Positions 49,937 through 64,000 of a stretch of 64,000 nt of DNA are shown here, one piece after another. The notes beneath the pieces are model-generated. The model was not told the DNA's origin. It searched no databases and saw only the letters and a program-made list of their open reading frames with translations. The stretch lies in NCBI GenBank assembly GCA_900617105.1, contig UYFQ01000218.1, forward strand, positions 1 to 64,000. Direction: 5' to 3'. Source of the DNA: Hydrurus foetidus (Eukaryota). Within the stretch, counting starts at the first letter, position 1. The number at the start of each line of letters is the position of its first letter. The position numbers were made by a program, and so were the translations under genes.

Positions 49937-51138
49937 GGGCTGGTGTCCGACTCAAAATGATGCTTCGGACGGACACTCGGACAAACGGAATAAAGTCGGA
50001 CGGACGTCCGACATAAGTCGGACATAATAATAATAGATGTCCGACTGTCTAACTGAAGTCGGACACAATCTGTAAGTCGGACAAGGTGTCTAACAATCGC
50101 AAGATATCACTGAAAGAGGCTTAATTTCGTTACATATTTCAAGAAAAATTTAGTATTGTTGTACATGTATTATTCTTGGTGCCTGAGAACTGTGACTGAA
50201 TTCAGAATTGTCGATTGTCTATTATGGTTTGCTGGTCTGCAGCATCATTAAGTGTTGGATGTCGGATGCTCTCTGATTTCTCTTGGTTGTCGATTGTCTC
50301 CATTTTGTGTATGTACGAAATACAAAATACAGAATACAGAATACAAATTAATATTTTGTACCTACGTAAAATCAAAATACAAAATACCCGCACTGCGTAG
50401 ACCACGTCTTCAAAAGAAATAAATAGTAGGAATTATCTTGAATTTGACACAAATGACTCTCAGTTGACAGTTTCTCCACTTCAGATTCCTCTTTTTGAAA
50501 TGACATTTTTGGAACGCTGCGATGAAAGTTTCTAGACAGCAGAGGTCCTTTAACCGGTGAAAGCTGCAATAAAGTCTCTACATAATCCTCCAGCCTTGAT
50601 GCAGGTTGAAACTGAGGAGTGAGTACTGCTGCAGGAGACCACTGAGGGACGGGAGGTGGTGCTCGAGCTGGTGGTGTTGGAGCTGGACGAGTGAGGACGG
50701 GAGTTGGTGACAGAGCTGGACGAGTGAGGATCGGAGGTGGTGCGGGAGCTGGACGAGTGAGGATCGGAGGTGGTGCGGGAGCTGGACGAGATGGAACGAG
50801 AGGTAGTGGTGGAGCTCGACGAGTGAGGGCGGGAGGTAGTGTTGGAGCTCGACAAGCGAGGATGGGAGATGGTGTTGGCGCTAGTGGTGATGGAGCTGGA
50901 CGAGTGAGGACGAGAGGTGATGACGGAGCTGGACGAGCTGCCGGCTAAAGTCGGCGTAAAACAGTTACGCCGGACAGGTGTCCGTTTTGTCCGGCTTAAG
51001 AAATGGAAGTCGGACAAAATGGACAAGTCGGACACCTGTCCGACTTGTCCGTCTATATTCTAGCTTCTTCGGACGGACAAGTCGGACATCTGTCCGTCCG
51101 ACTTGTCCGACTAAAGTCGGACTCGGACACCAGCCCTA
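49935..51138. mobile_element. Non-autonomous TIR element B with many GTCGGA/TCCGAC subterminal motifs and an internal Ser-rich 33-bp repeat
   Basis: 16-bp TIR tagggctggtgtccga; clustered gtcggac motifs at 49945-50085 and 50950-51130; gagctggacgagtgagga repeats at about 50660-50940. Confidence 0.82.
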
Positions 51139-52382
51139 GTATGTACGATACGTCTTCTGTACTTTGTACCGTACGACTCTTCTACCGTACGATCCTACGG
51201 TGCATCTGAACTCTGAACGAACATTACATGTGGAAGACCCTCCACTCTTCACTCAAGCAACCTCTGAATTTAAAAAATTCAGCGATTTCGGTGCTTACTA
51301 CCAATAGTCCCGAACCTGTTAGTCTGATGGCGCTGCTACCGCTACTACAACGGCTGCTACCGTTACCTCGACCGTTACTGCTGCCGTTACTTTCGATAGC
51401 CATGCTCCTTCTTCTTTAAATTTCTTTGCGCAGCAGTAAAGAAAACAAAGCGTGCAATGCTTGCGATGGCATCACTCACCGGTCTCATCGATTGCTTCAC
51501 AGTTCACAGCTCTCCAGCAGAATCGCAAGTAACGTAATATGCTTGCTCTCACAACATTCAGAGAAATAATAATAAAACCTCGTCATTTTTCACTATCTTT
51601 TGCTGGCATTATAGATGTCACTCTACTGCAAGAGCACGAAAAACTGCTGCAATACTGGAAGACTTCTGCATTCACTTATCAGCTCCCAGCCCTACTTCTC
51701 AGGTAATACATTGGACAGCGGCGTATGAAGTATAGTATGTATATGTGTGCATAAAGTACGCAATAGGCAATATATTATGTACGGTAGGGGACGTCTGCAC
51801 CCGACAATCCTGAGTGGTGATCGTCGGGAATCTTTTCAGCTACTTCATTTCTTTTCAACAACCCTTTTTACTCAACAATTAATGCAGATGAAGTGGAGAC
51901 GAACAGTTATTGTTGGTCAGATTTTTACTTTTTGGTTTTTTGAAGGAGCTGAAAACATTTTAAGTTCGCACTCAACATGGTGCATGTGACAGTTGAGTGG
52001 TGAAAAAACAAGAATGTTGTGTGCGTACACCTTCAGACACCACTTTCCTTCTTTTTTTCTTTGCAATTTATACAAAGTATAAATGATCTTTTATTGATCT
52101 TTTATGCATTATGATGCCGAAGTAACCTGTGGTAGATCAACCAGGACGTGAGGAAACCATGCATTTGGGGGCCGGAGGTTCGATTTTTTTTCTGTGGCCG
52201 ATGTGACAATTATTTTTTATTGTCGGGTCCAGACTCCAGACGTCCCCTACTGTAGCACAACATGACACAACACGTATGCCTACCCGTACCAAATCATTGT
52301 TAAGATTGTGCGATGCATGGATATTGAAGATATTGGATAGTAAATAAGCACATCCTTCAGTCACTGTGGAGTCATTGAAGTC

Positions 52383-53469
52383 ATGATGGGGAAAGTTTTT
52401 CGAACGATTACATTATTTGTCAGCCTGGCTTTTGCAACAGCATTCCAGAAACTCATCAGTCCATGTAGAATACCGATGAAATTGTACGGTGACGAATCGG
52501 GGAAAGGATTCGGCAAGAAAAAAGAAGCTGTGAAAGTATCAGACCAAAAGCAACCATTTAACACTAGACTTAATCCTGCAGAAGAATCTGCAACAAATGC
52601 CATCTCCAACAGCGACATCAAGGTAGAAGAAAAAAGGTCATATATCACACCTAGGGCGAGGAGAGAGGCTGAATTAGATGAAAAAATAGCCCGATTGAAA
52701 GAGGAGGAGGATCTGCTTTCAACTGATCCAAGTGTCGGTGCTGTCCCTGAACTAGTTGCCGACAGGATGATCGGTCGCATTGTAGCATTCTTCGGCATAC
52801 CAGTCTTCGGAGGTGAGCTAACCAAAAACTCGATGTCTACATAATCCGGACCACGCACAAAGTGTTCATCAGACTCTTAGACCTAATCGGGCGACAATCA
52901 GTCTAATATTGAATCTTTGATCAGCGAAATTGTCAGATTCTGTGATTATGTTTGATGTAATTGCACTATTTTATGACCATCAATGTCAGGCCTCGCTATT
53001 TTTGTTGGAGCCTTTTTCTACTCGAAAAAGTATGATGTAGTGGTTCCACCCTCTATAATTGCTTACGCGACGCAGGTCCCTTTTGTTCTTGGCTTAGTTG
53101 GAATATCCTACGCAATTCTATCGTCTTCATGGGATGAGGTATGACTACACAAGCATAAGAGGTCGCATAGACAGCTGGATTGTTTACTCAAGTGTTTCTT
53201 CTGATCTCTCAACTGAAATTGTTTGAATCAAATCTCTGAATGCGACTCCTTCGATAAGGATTTATTCTCATTTGTAATCGCATATCTGACGGAACTCCAT
53301 TGCCATTTCCGTTATTTATCAACTCCTGTAGGAGCCTGGAAGTTTACTCGGATTTAAAGAATTTGGCATCAACTTTCAAAGAATAAAAGAGGGACTTGAT
53401 AGGACAAGAGAAAATGCCGAACTAAAAGACGATATTCAAAAAGAAAGTGAGAAACTTGGCCGCAAGTGA
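52383..53469 (+). CDS. PAM68: PAM68-like photosystem II assembly factor, plastid-targeted, three exons
   Basis: Exons at about 52383-52812, 52990-53138 and 53332-53469; KGFG, VPELVADRMIGRI, GISYAILSSSWD and GSLLGFKEF motifs; signal peptide ending ATA-F. Confidence 0.9.
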
Positions 53470-53750
53470 GCTACTTTGCATGGAAACGCAGTCTACTGCT
53501 GCAACTAATATATTCATTTGTAAGTAAATCATCTACTAGATTTTTCATGCTGAAGTCGCAATAATCTCTTTCAGAGACAGCAGCGTAGCTTCATTAATCA
53601 CGCGAATGTGCTCTCGTACGTAGTTCTGAAAAGATTTCATAATGATGACTGCTGCAATTCGGACGATTATAATGAAGATTCGAGAGGTCAGCTTGGAAAA
53701 ATCTAGAGAGACTATGTAAAGAAAAGTAAAAAAGGAATGGTGCTCCGAAT

Positions 53751-56188
53751 TCATATGGCATACAGTTTCTTCAACATATCTAAGTGCTCCCACACAGACA
53801 CTGTTGATGACGCGGCAGTTGCGCCGCTCACCGCTACAGCAGGAACGCCGATGCCAGGAAACACGGAATCTCCACAGCACAGAAGTCCAGGGATCTCTGT
53901 TTTGGGATACGGGAATTTCGCTTTACCAGCACGCAAAGCTGGTCCATAGGTGCCCCTGTACCTCCTGTTGAATCTCTGATGGGTTATGGGGGAAGCGGAT
54001 AGATCGACCATTACTCTGCTTCTCACGTCTGGTATACTTCTCTCTATTGCTTTCCACAGGAAGTCACATCTCTCTTCTTTGAGCTTCTTGTAGTCATCTC
54101 TACTGGACAAATTCTCCCACAGTTCATACGGCTGCAGATTATGTTTGACGGGGAGGAGGTGAGGGTGATTAATAGCAGGAATAGCTTTACACAGCACCTT
54201 GTTCCTCTCACTAAGATCTTCATAACTGGTTAAATTGCTTACCATCAGACAAGTGGTGGCAATCAGGAATTAATGTATGCGTCAGATGATCGGATCGGTA
54301 CTAACCTCATTTGCTGCTGCATACGCATGTATGACATGGCATCCTGGAGGTGCGAGAGAAGGGTCAAGGGTAGACGGGATGGAGATAATGACGTGGTTTT
54401 GAGGTGCATCTATAGGGTCCCAATTATTGATGACGCTGTAGTGGGTCTCGAGATCGGCTGGCAGTCCTGTGGCGTCAATCCCGATGTGAAGGTGCACGAA
54501 ACTACCCGTCATTGGTGTGTTCATTTTCTGCTCCTCCACCTCCTTGGGCAGTGTCCCTAAGTAGTTGAAAAGAAATCGGAAGTCAGAAATGACAATCAAC
54601 GAGTGTGTAATGGGGAATTGAGACAATGCATATTTCGATGCGCTGTACACCTTCTGGAAGCAGTTTCGTAGTGTCCCAAATAGATGCGTTGGAAATAACA
54701 GCTCTCTTGGCTCTAATGACTTTGCCCCCTCTTCTCATCACCACTCCAGCTGCTCGTCCGTCTTCAATGAGAATATTCTTCACATGAGAGTTGAGGAAGA
54801 TCTTCCCCTTGCCCTTCTTAGTGACGCCCCTCATCAGTGCTTCAACCACTGCTGCACTGCCTCCTACTGGATAATCCAAAGACGCTCCTTCCTGATGCAA
54901 GTCACGCATCGTGTACGCAACAGCTGCGGCTATAGTACTATCAGCTGGCAATCCGGATAGTGCGAATGAGAGAAACTCAAACCAATTCTCCAGAAACTTG
55001 TCTTTGACTATTTTTCCGGATATTGCTTTGAATGACCCCTCAACTTTCGCAACGCTAGGCAGACCTACGGAGAGTTTGAGTGGAGTACAATCATGTAATA
55101 ATTTCATCTCAAGTCAGCACTCTACTGTGACGAGCTAGTAGTGATTTATGATAAGCTTTTAAGTCCAATAATATCAGGACATTTGAAATAAGCCATACGG
55201 GATGGAGTGATCTTACCTTTCAGCAATTTTAGCATGTGAGGAAACAACGTAAGCAGCACCCCAGGATCTCCCCTAATGGTCAAAGGTGGCACTGCTCCTG
55301 CAAGAAACTTAATCGGTTCCAATGCTACGTTCAATTCGTTCCATTCCTTAATTGCATTTGGTCCACCAAATTTCTCCAAAATCGGCTCAAAATTGTTGGC
55401 ACCAACTTTGAATTTAAAGGAACCTTCTGGTACATGCATAACCCAGCCATCGTATTTCTTAAAATCGATACTGTCAGCTTCTCCGATGATCTCGAGAATC
55501 TGTGACACAGAGAACATATTAGAGCTGTTTCTAAAGAAAGAAGATCATTGCTAGACATCTACAGGAGTTTCGACCACTATCTTTGTCCTTGCAATGTTTT
55601 GCAAGGGATACAATAAGTAGCAAATAATTGTTCTATGTTGCGCCATCACACGAAATAGATTTGATTTTTTAGCTAATCCATTACGTGTGAAATACTATTG
55701 CGCTCGTCGCTTTTATCTCGCCAGCAGAATGTGTCACATAGAAGACATTAACTAGTATGCGGCACCTCTCTAAGGGGATTGTAGGGCTTCGTAGCCATGC
55801 CATTCCATAGACTAGGACCAGCATCGAAGAGAAATCCATCTCTTTTAAAGCTGTGCGCTACTCCTCCTGGAAGATAATGTGACTCAAGAACGACAACGGA
55901 GTAGCCGTAATAACTCAACAACGCTGCTGCTGAAAGCCCACCGATTCCACTGCCGATGACAACATAATCAGCCTCATCAATACCGTCAAGATCCTTCGCA
56001 GACTTAGCGATAACACTTTCAGGAGCATCAAGACCAATAATGCTGTCTTCGACGGCACTTCTGAGCACCGTAAATGGAGAAATGGTTTCCTTCGATGCTC
56101 TGACGATCACATTTGCAGGTCTCGTCAGTCGAAATGAGTGAAGAGAGCTGACACTGATGCAAAGAAGGAGACATTTTGCAAGAAGCAT
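53751..56188 (-). CDS. CRTISO-like FAD-dependent oxidoreductase (carotenoid isomerase/phytoene desaturase family), multi-exon, probably plastid-targeted
   Basis: VVIGSGIGGL...LESHYLPGG...FDAGPS, YPVGGS, HLHIGI and GDSVFPGIGVPAVAVSG; N-terminal signal peptide followed by Phe. Confidence 0.9.
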
Positions 56189-56616
56189 GTCTGCAGATGC
56201 AGAATCCAACCAATAAAACTTTTCTACGTCTCGGGCAAAACTTTGTGCCTCGCTTTAGCAAAGAGCTCGCTGTGGACACTGCCTCGCGAAGATTTCACTG
56301 AGAGGCGCCGGAATCTGAGGGAGAAGTAATTATATAGAAGCAGAGAGCATCCCTCAATCTCAGACAGAATGAGAATATTCAGCCCATTTTCTGCAGAGTT
56401 TGGGGCCGAGTTTGGTACTGAATTCTAAATTCTTCAACTATACTTTCTCTAAATGCGACTGAATCCCAAATCCTCAACAGTTTTAGTTGCTTCGGAAGTA
56501 GCGTGCCTGGAATTCATTTCTCATTTCTTCTCTTTTTAAATGTACTGTAGAAAATTCCACCAACAGAGTGGTATTACCTCGCATCATCGATAAAATCTTC
56601 ATCACGACATGTAAAC

Positions 56617-59532
<2,916 letters not shown>

Positions 59533-59829
59533 GCTGATGGTCGCGGAGTCACTATATTGTGTTGTTTATTATGCTTGCATGGTCACACTGGTGAGGTCAC
59601 TATTCCTGATTCCTGCTGCAGTCTACAGTCTATACAGTCTTCAGTCTACAGTCTACAGTCTACAGTAGCTACCGTAAGCTTTATAGCCGTAAGATTAGTT
59701 GTCGTGGAACCTTCCTCCGCTCCAAAGCGCTTTGAACTGCGAGCTGCGAGCTGCACTTTGCCAACATACCTTCAAGGACAGAATTTGTCACCATTGGAGA
59801 CTGTCAATCTTCGAGGTGAGAGCTGGTAA

Positions 59830-61156
59830 ATGAGGCCTGTCACGGCCCTGAGAATGCTGGAGGACGGGGTTGGTCTTGGCAAACTTTCTTTCGGGTGTAG
59901 ATTAGTGGATGAGTGTATGGGTGGTGGTATGCCTGTACAGGGCATCAACGAAATTGTTGGCGAAGCTGGTGCTGGAAAAACTCAGTTTGCACTTGCTCTA
60001 TCATTGCAATGTCACTTATTGAAGTCGATGGGCGGACTTGAAGGATCTACGGCATATTTGTGCTGTGGTGAGGGAGTTTTTCCTGTTCGCAGATTGGAGC
60101 AGATGTCTCGTGGTTTCGAAACGAAATCTGGCATTTCTTACAGAGAATTTATGAATAGCGTCCATATCGAACAGTGCCATAATGCTGACGACGTTTTGGA
60201 CACTCTGGTACGTATGTACATGGTCAATGACCTGATTCACATCATGTGCTCGAATCCACTTTTAGTGATTTTGCGGGGAATTGTGGGGCTGATGATCCAA
60301 CTGCGACAATCTCCATGAATAGTGGTAGCTGATTAATCTACCGCGAATATTTCCGTAGTTAAAGAAGATTCCTAGCATGTGCAGTTCGAAAGGTATCAGG
60401 ATGATCGTTATTGATAGGTCCGTTTTATCACGTGTAAGATTTTTTTATATCACTCGTTCTTGTGCAGGAATCTCTTCAGCTTTCGTTTACACATTGATTT
60501 GGAAGCATTGCAATGGTCTTATTTTGTTTTATCTCTAATTACGCAGTATCGCTGGGATGGTCCGAACGGAATATGACTCTTCATCTTCGAGAGACATGAA
60601 GCTAAGAACTGCTCTACTATTCCGAGTCGCGAAGGAGCTCAAGTGGCTCTCTGACATACATAATTTATGCATTGTGGTTATAAATCAGGTATCACGTAAC
60701 TTCAAGCTTGTTCTCTTGGTTTGCTCTCATGATGATCAGTGAAATCACACATAATTGTTTTTGTATCTTCTGACGACGATGTAGGTGACAGCTAGTGGGT
60801 TCCAGACGGAGAATCGGAGACTTGCAGATGACGAATGGGGCAGTTCAGATAGCAATCCTGCCCTTGGATTGGCATGGACACATTGTATCAACACAAGAAT
60901 TCAATTGCGAAGAGACAGCAGCGGCATGAGATCACTAGATCAGATTGAGGAGGGACATGTAGAGGATAGCGACACACAACGCGTGCATGCAGAAACTGAC
61001 AGTAGATATCCTGAGGAAGCAATATCAGTGACTGGAGGGAATGGCGTGTCAGCTACTGGGAGCAACAGGCTACTGACTGTTGAACTCTCCCCGTGCATCC
61101 CGAAGTCTTCATGTCGCTACAAGATCACAGACGATGGAGTCTTCGGACTACCCTGA
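59830..61156 (+). CDS. XRCC3: Rad51 paralog, XRCC3-like, four exons
   Basis: Walker A GEAGAGKT, GGLEG, FPVRRLEQM, IVID/S Walker B split by an intron, VINQV and PALGLAW. Confidence 0.85.
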
Positions 61157-62712
61157 CTCATACCAGATTGTGTTACGAAATTCATCTCAAGCATTCTGAA
61201 ATTTAGTGACATAAGATATTGTTGAGGGCTGCAAAACGTGCGACCACCGGAGAAGGCTTTATAGAGGGTGAAAGTACGATCTCCTTTGGGTGCCCTTTGA
61301 CTTTGATGATATTGCAGCCCTTCTTTCACAGATGTATCTTCTCTACATGGCTCTTCAACTTCCCGATTTTTTGCTGTCTCTGATTTGCATCAGAGTATTC
61401 AAAACTCTTTTGGTCCGCTTCTCGTATCTGACTTTGAAGGCACTGATGACGAAGTGTTACGTGACATACGAGTTCGCTTGTGCAGTGACTTAGTGTACCT
61501 GGATGGAGTATACAAAGTCGCTGAAGGAGATTAACATATGCTGCAATAGACCGGTCTATGACATGAATGTTGCCGTCAATGGCAGTGAACGGCTAGATGG
61601 CCTGGCCTTGATACGTTGGTACACCTGACTGGCACATCCTCCGGTCATGCATGCAGGAGTACTGAGTTAGTTTGCATTGTAAGGATGGTGGAAATTCATT
61701 TCATATCTACTCAGAGGTAAAAACTCTCTGGACTCATCTTGGTTACGTACGAATGACTGACATACGTCATATGTCATACTGGACCTAATTTCAATGAATT
61801 ATACGGAATGTAATTTTAAAATAAATTGCATTAATGCGTGACGTAGAATTCCTATCGAACTAAATGCTGTAGGCGTGATCTGCTGTGAGAAATCTCCGAG
61901 TAGGACTCTCGAGAAACCTTGATTTCTTTCATTTCCAATACCCATATCTTCGCTACGATCTTTTGGAGGTGAATTATAGCAATGCAACTAACAAAATGCT
62001 TGGTTTTCTTCGGATATGTTGATTCGTCGGAAAAGACTATTGACACGACCGAGATACCTCTGACGGAAATTCTTCTTCCTCCACGGCCTCTCCCTCATCT
62101 CCTCCAATATGAACAATTGTCACTCAGCATCTATTGTGGCTTAATCCACTTTACTATGAGTGTAACCACCTCCTAGCTATACAATGTTGAATTCTGCCCT
62201 GCCTTTATGTCGACCCCAACAATAACATCAAGGATATTTTGTCATGTAATACTATACGTGTCATTGCATCAACTTCACTATGATATAGCTGGTGGATAGT
62301 TGAAGTCGTTGTGAAGTAAATAAATCCACCACAGAGCTCAAGTGACAATTGTTCATTTAATAAAGAATGGGATGAGGAAAAGGCAGTTGTGGGTGGAGTG
62401 GCAGAATGTGAAGGTGAGTATTTTATTTTCTCTGAGAACCTACCCAAATCCCAAAGGTATGTGGGACAGATCTTGGATCCACCAACGGCTCTAAATTCTA
62501 AACACTATTAGGTAGTAGACACTGCTGGTTGCTATCTCACGCCTCACGCAGAGTCCAGAGCAGACAGTCTGTGCTATCAGTACAGCAGTTGTCTTGCAAC
62601 GTCGGTAAGGCCTTCGGCAAGTTTGTTTCACCCGGAAAATGGCATAAAGTGAAGTCATGGAGAAACTCAAATCCAACGTCTTCATTACGAAGAAATCATT
62701 TGATCGTTTCAG

Positions 62713-64000
62713 ATTGCTACAGATGTCACGTAGTCCGATACTGACTTGTAATAGTTATGATCAATCGAGCTTGAGGTTCATTACTTACAGTAAATTGATG
62801 GCAGTTTCAACAAGTGACAGCTTCAGCCCATTGATTGACTTCTTAGATCATAACTGTCAAGCGACGAGTCTCCTCGGGGCAGTTCAGTTCCCTACATTGT
62901 TAACAGCAACTGATACCTACAAAAGTGAAGTAGTTGATTTCCTTGGTCATATGGTTCACTTTTGCTCTGAACGAGCGGTTACATCGCATAGCAGCTTCCA
63001 GGAATCCTGTCGTCTCTGTGGAGCATTCCTAGTGTACATCATTAACAGCAGTGCTGCTGATGACCAAAACAACTTGATATCGACAGTAGTTTTTTCCCTC
63101 TCTGAAGGGCTACTAGCGATTATGAAAGAGGTTGATTTTCTAAATATTTCTGATTCAGAAAGGCAGTACTTTGAGAGGGAACTTATTTATGTTATTTCAA
63201 TCAGCTGCTCCCTGCTCTTTCAGGTTATCTCTAAAGCGGAATGTACTCAGATGAGAGATTCTAATGGGACACTAGGGGAATGCCATGAAATCCTTAGCTG
63301 GGCAGTGAGTCTTGCATGTTCCGTTTCTGAGGGTATACAAAAGTCTCCTCAGGATAAGGTTACACCAGCTCTAAATGGTGCTAGAAACATCACTACTTCT
63401 GAGAAACATCTTCATGTCGACAAAGGAGATCAACGCTCTAAATCGGAAATTAATTCAAATTTGTCAAATGTTCTAGTCGGAAAGAGAGGAATTGATGCGA
63501 AGAATTGTTTGTCGGATTTTCAGTTAACTTTTGACAATTGTTTCCTATCTCGTTTATTCTGGCAGAACAACGACTCATACTCCTCAGTGCTGGGAACATT
63601 ATGCTCTGAATACCTTGCTACTGTGCTACCTTATCAAAATATGGAATTCACGGCTACTCCGGTCAACTTCAGAAATGTTTACCGTGAAGTTTACGGCCAA
63701 CAAGTGGATTGTGTATTTTGTCCGATAAGTTCCCCACACAGAACAGCAATTATTGCTTGGAGTAAATATTCTCAAAATTCGAAGGCGTTCAATTCTATAT
63801 ACGTTCTGCAGTGCACTTTTATACATTCTTTAAATTTACTGCTGAGAGCTGAGGAATGTTCTGATGAAATTGGTCCCATTGATAAGGATGACGTCACTGA
63901 TGAGAATGAGGAAAATAATGACGTACTCCACAAGAATCTTTCATCCAAAGAAAGTAAAAATGTGAATTGCAGAATGCGTAGAGATGAAGCATATTCTTTG
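62713..64000 (+). CDS. Long exon of an unknown, probably alpha-helical protein, running off the right edge; upstream exons likely
   Basis: Hand translation gives a stop-free frame of over 420 codons (MAVSTSDSFSPLIDFLDH...RRDEAYSL). It is absent from the ORF track because it has no stop. Acceptor ttcag at 62712 and an upstream donor gtaag near 62605. Confidence 0.65.

Noticed and set aside
50550..51035. Ser-rich 161-aa ORF as a host gene
   Set aside because: It consists of a 33-bp tandem repeat and subterminal motifs inside TIR element B.
51228..51720. Possible small spliced gene with an Ala/Thr-rich tract
   Set aside because: Splice-like sites exist, but I could not build a coherent frame or recognise a domain.

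Overview
Eukaryotic nuclear DNA with GT-AG introns, most likely from a photosynthetic ochrophyte such as a chrysophyte (inferred from PAM68 and a CRTISO-like gene carrying bipartite plastid-targeting presequences). Bases 1-32,200 are a nested transposon cluster: CCCH-zinc-finger Copia elements and fragments, two copies of a second Copia family separated by a chromodomain Gypsy element, and a 10.4-kb P-superfamily DNA transposon. The P element is the most unusual object in the window. It has 30-bp TIRs containing inward-facing TATA boxes, a 7-bp TSD and two convergent genes, and the second gene resembles the C-terminal domain missing from its transposase. A pogo-like element sits inside it, flanked by an apparently identical 1,129-bp duplication. 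Bases 32,449-64,000 are mostly host genes: a large mucin-repeat/REJ-like/EGF membrane protein, a KIX-domain protein, PAM68, a CRTISO-like oxidoreductase, RtcB, XRCC3 and a partial unknown gene. This half also holds a composite of two non-autonomous TIR elements sharing one 8-bp TSD. Many frameshifts fall in homopolymers and may be assembly errors. All calls come from reading motifs by eye; no database search was run.
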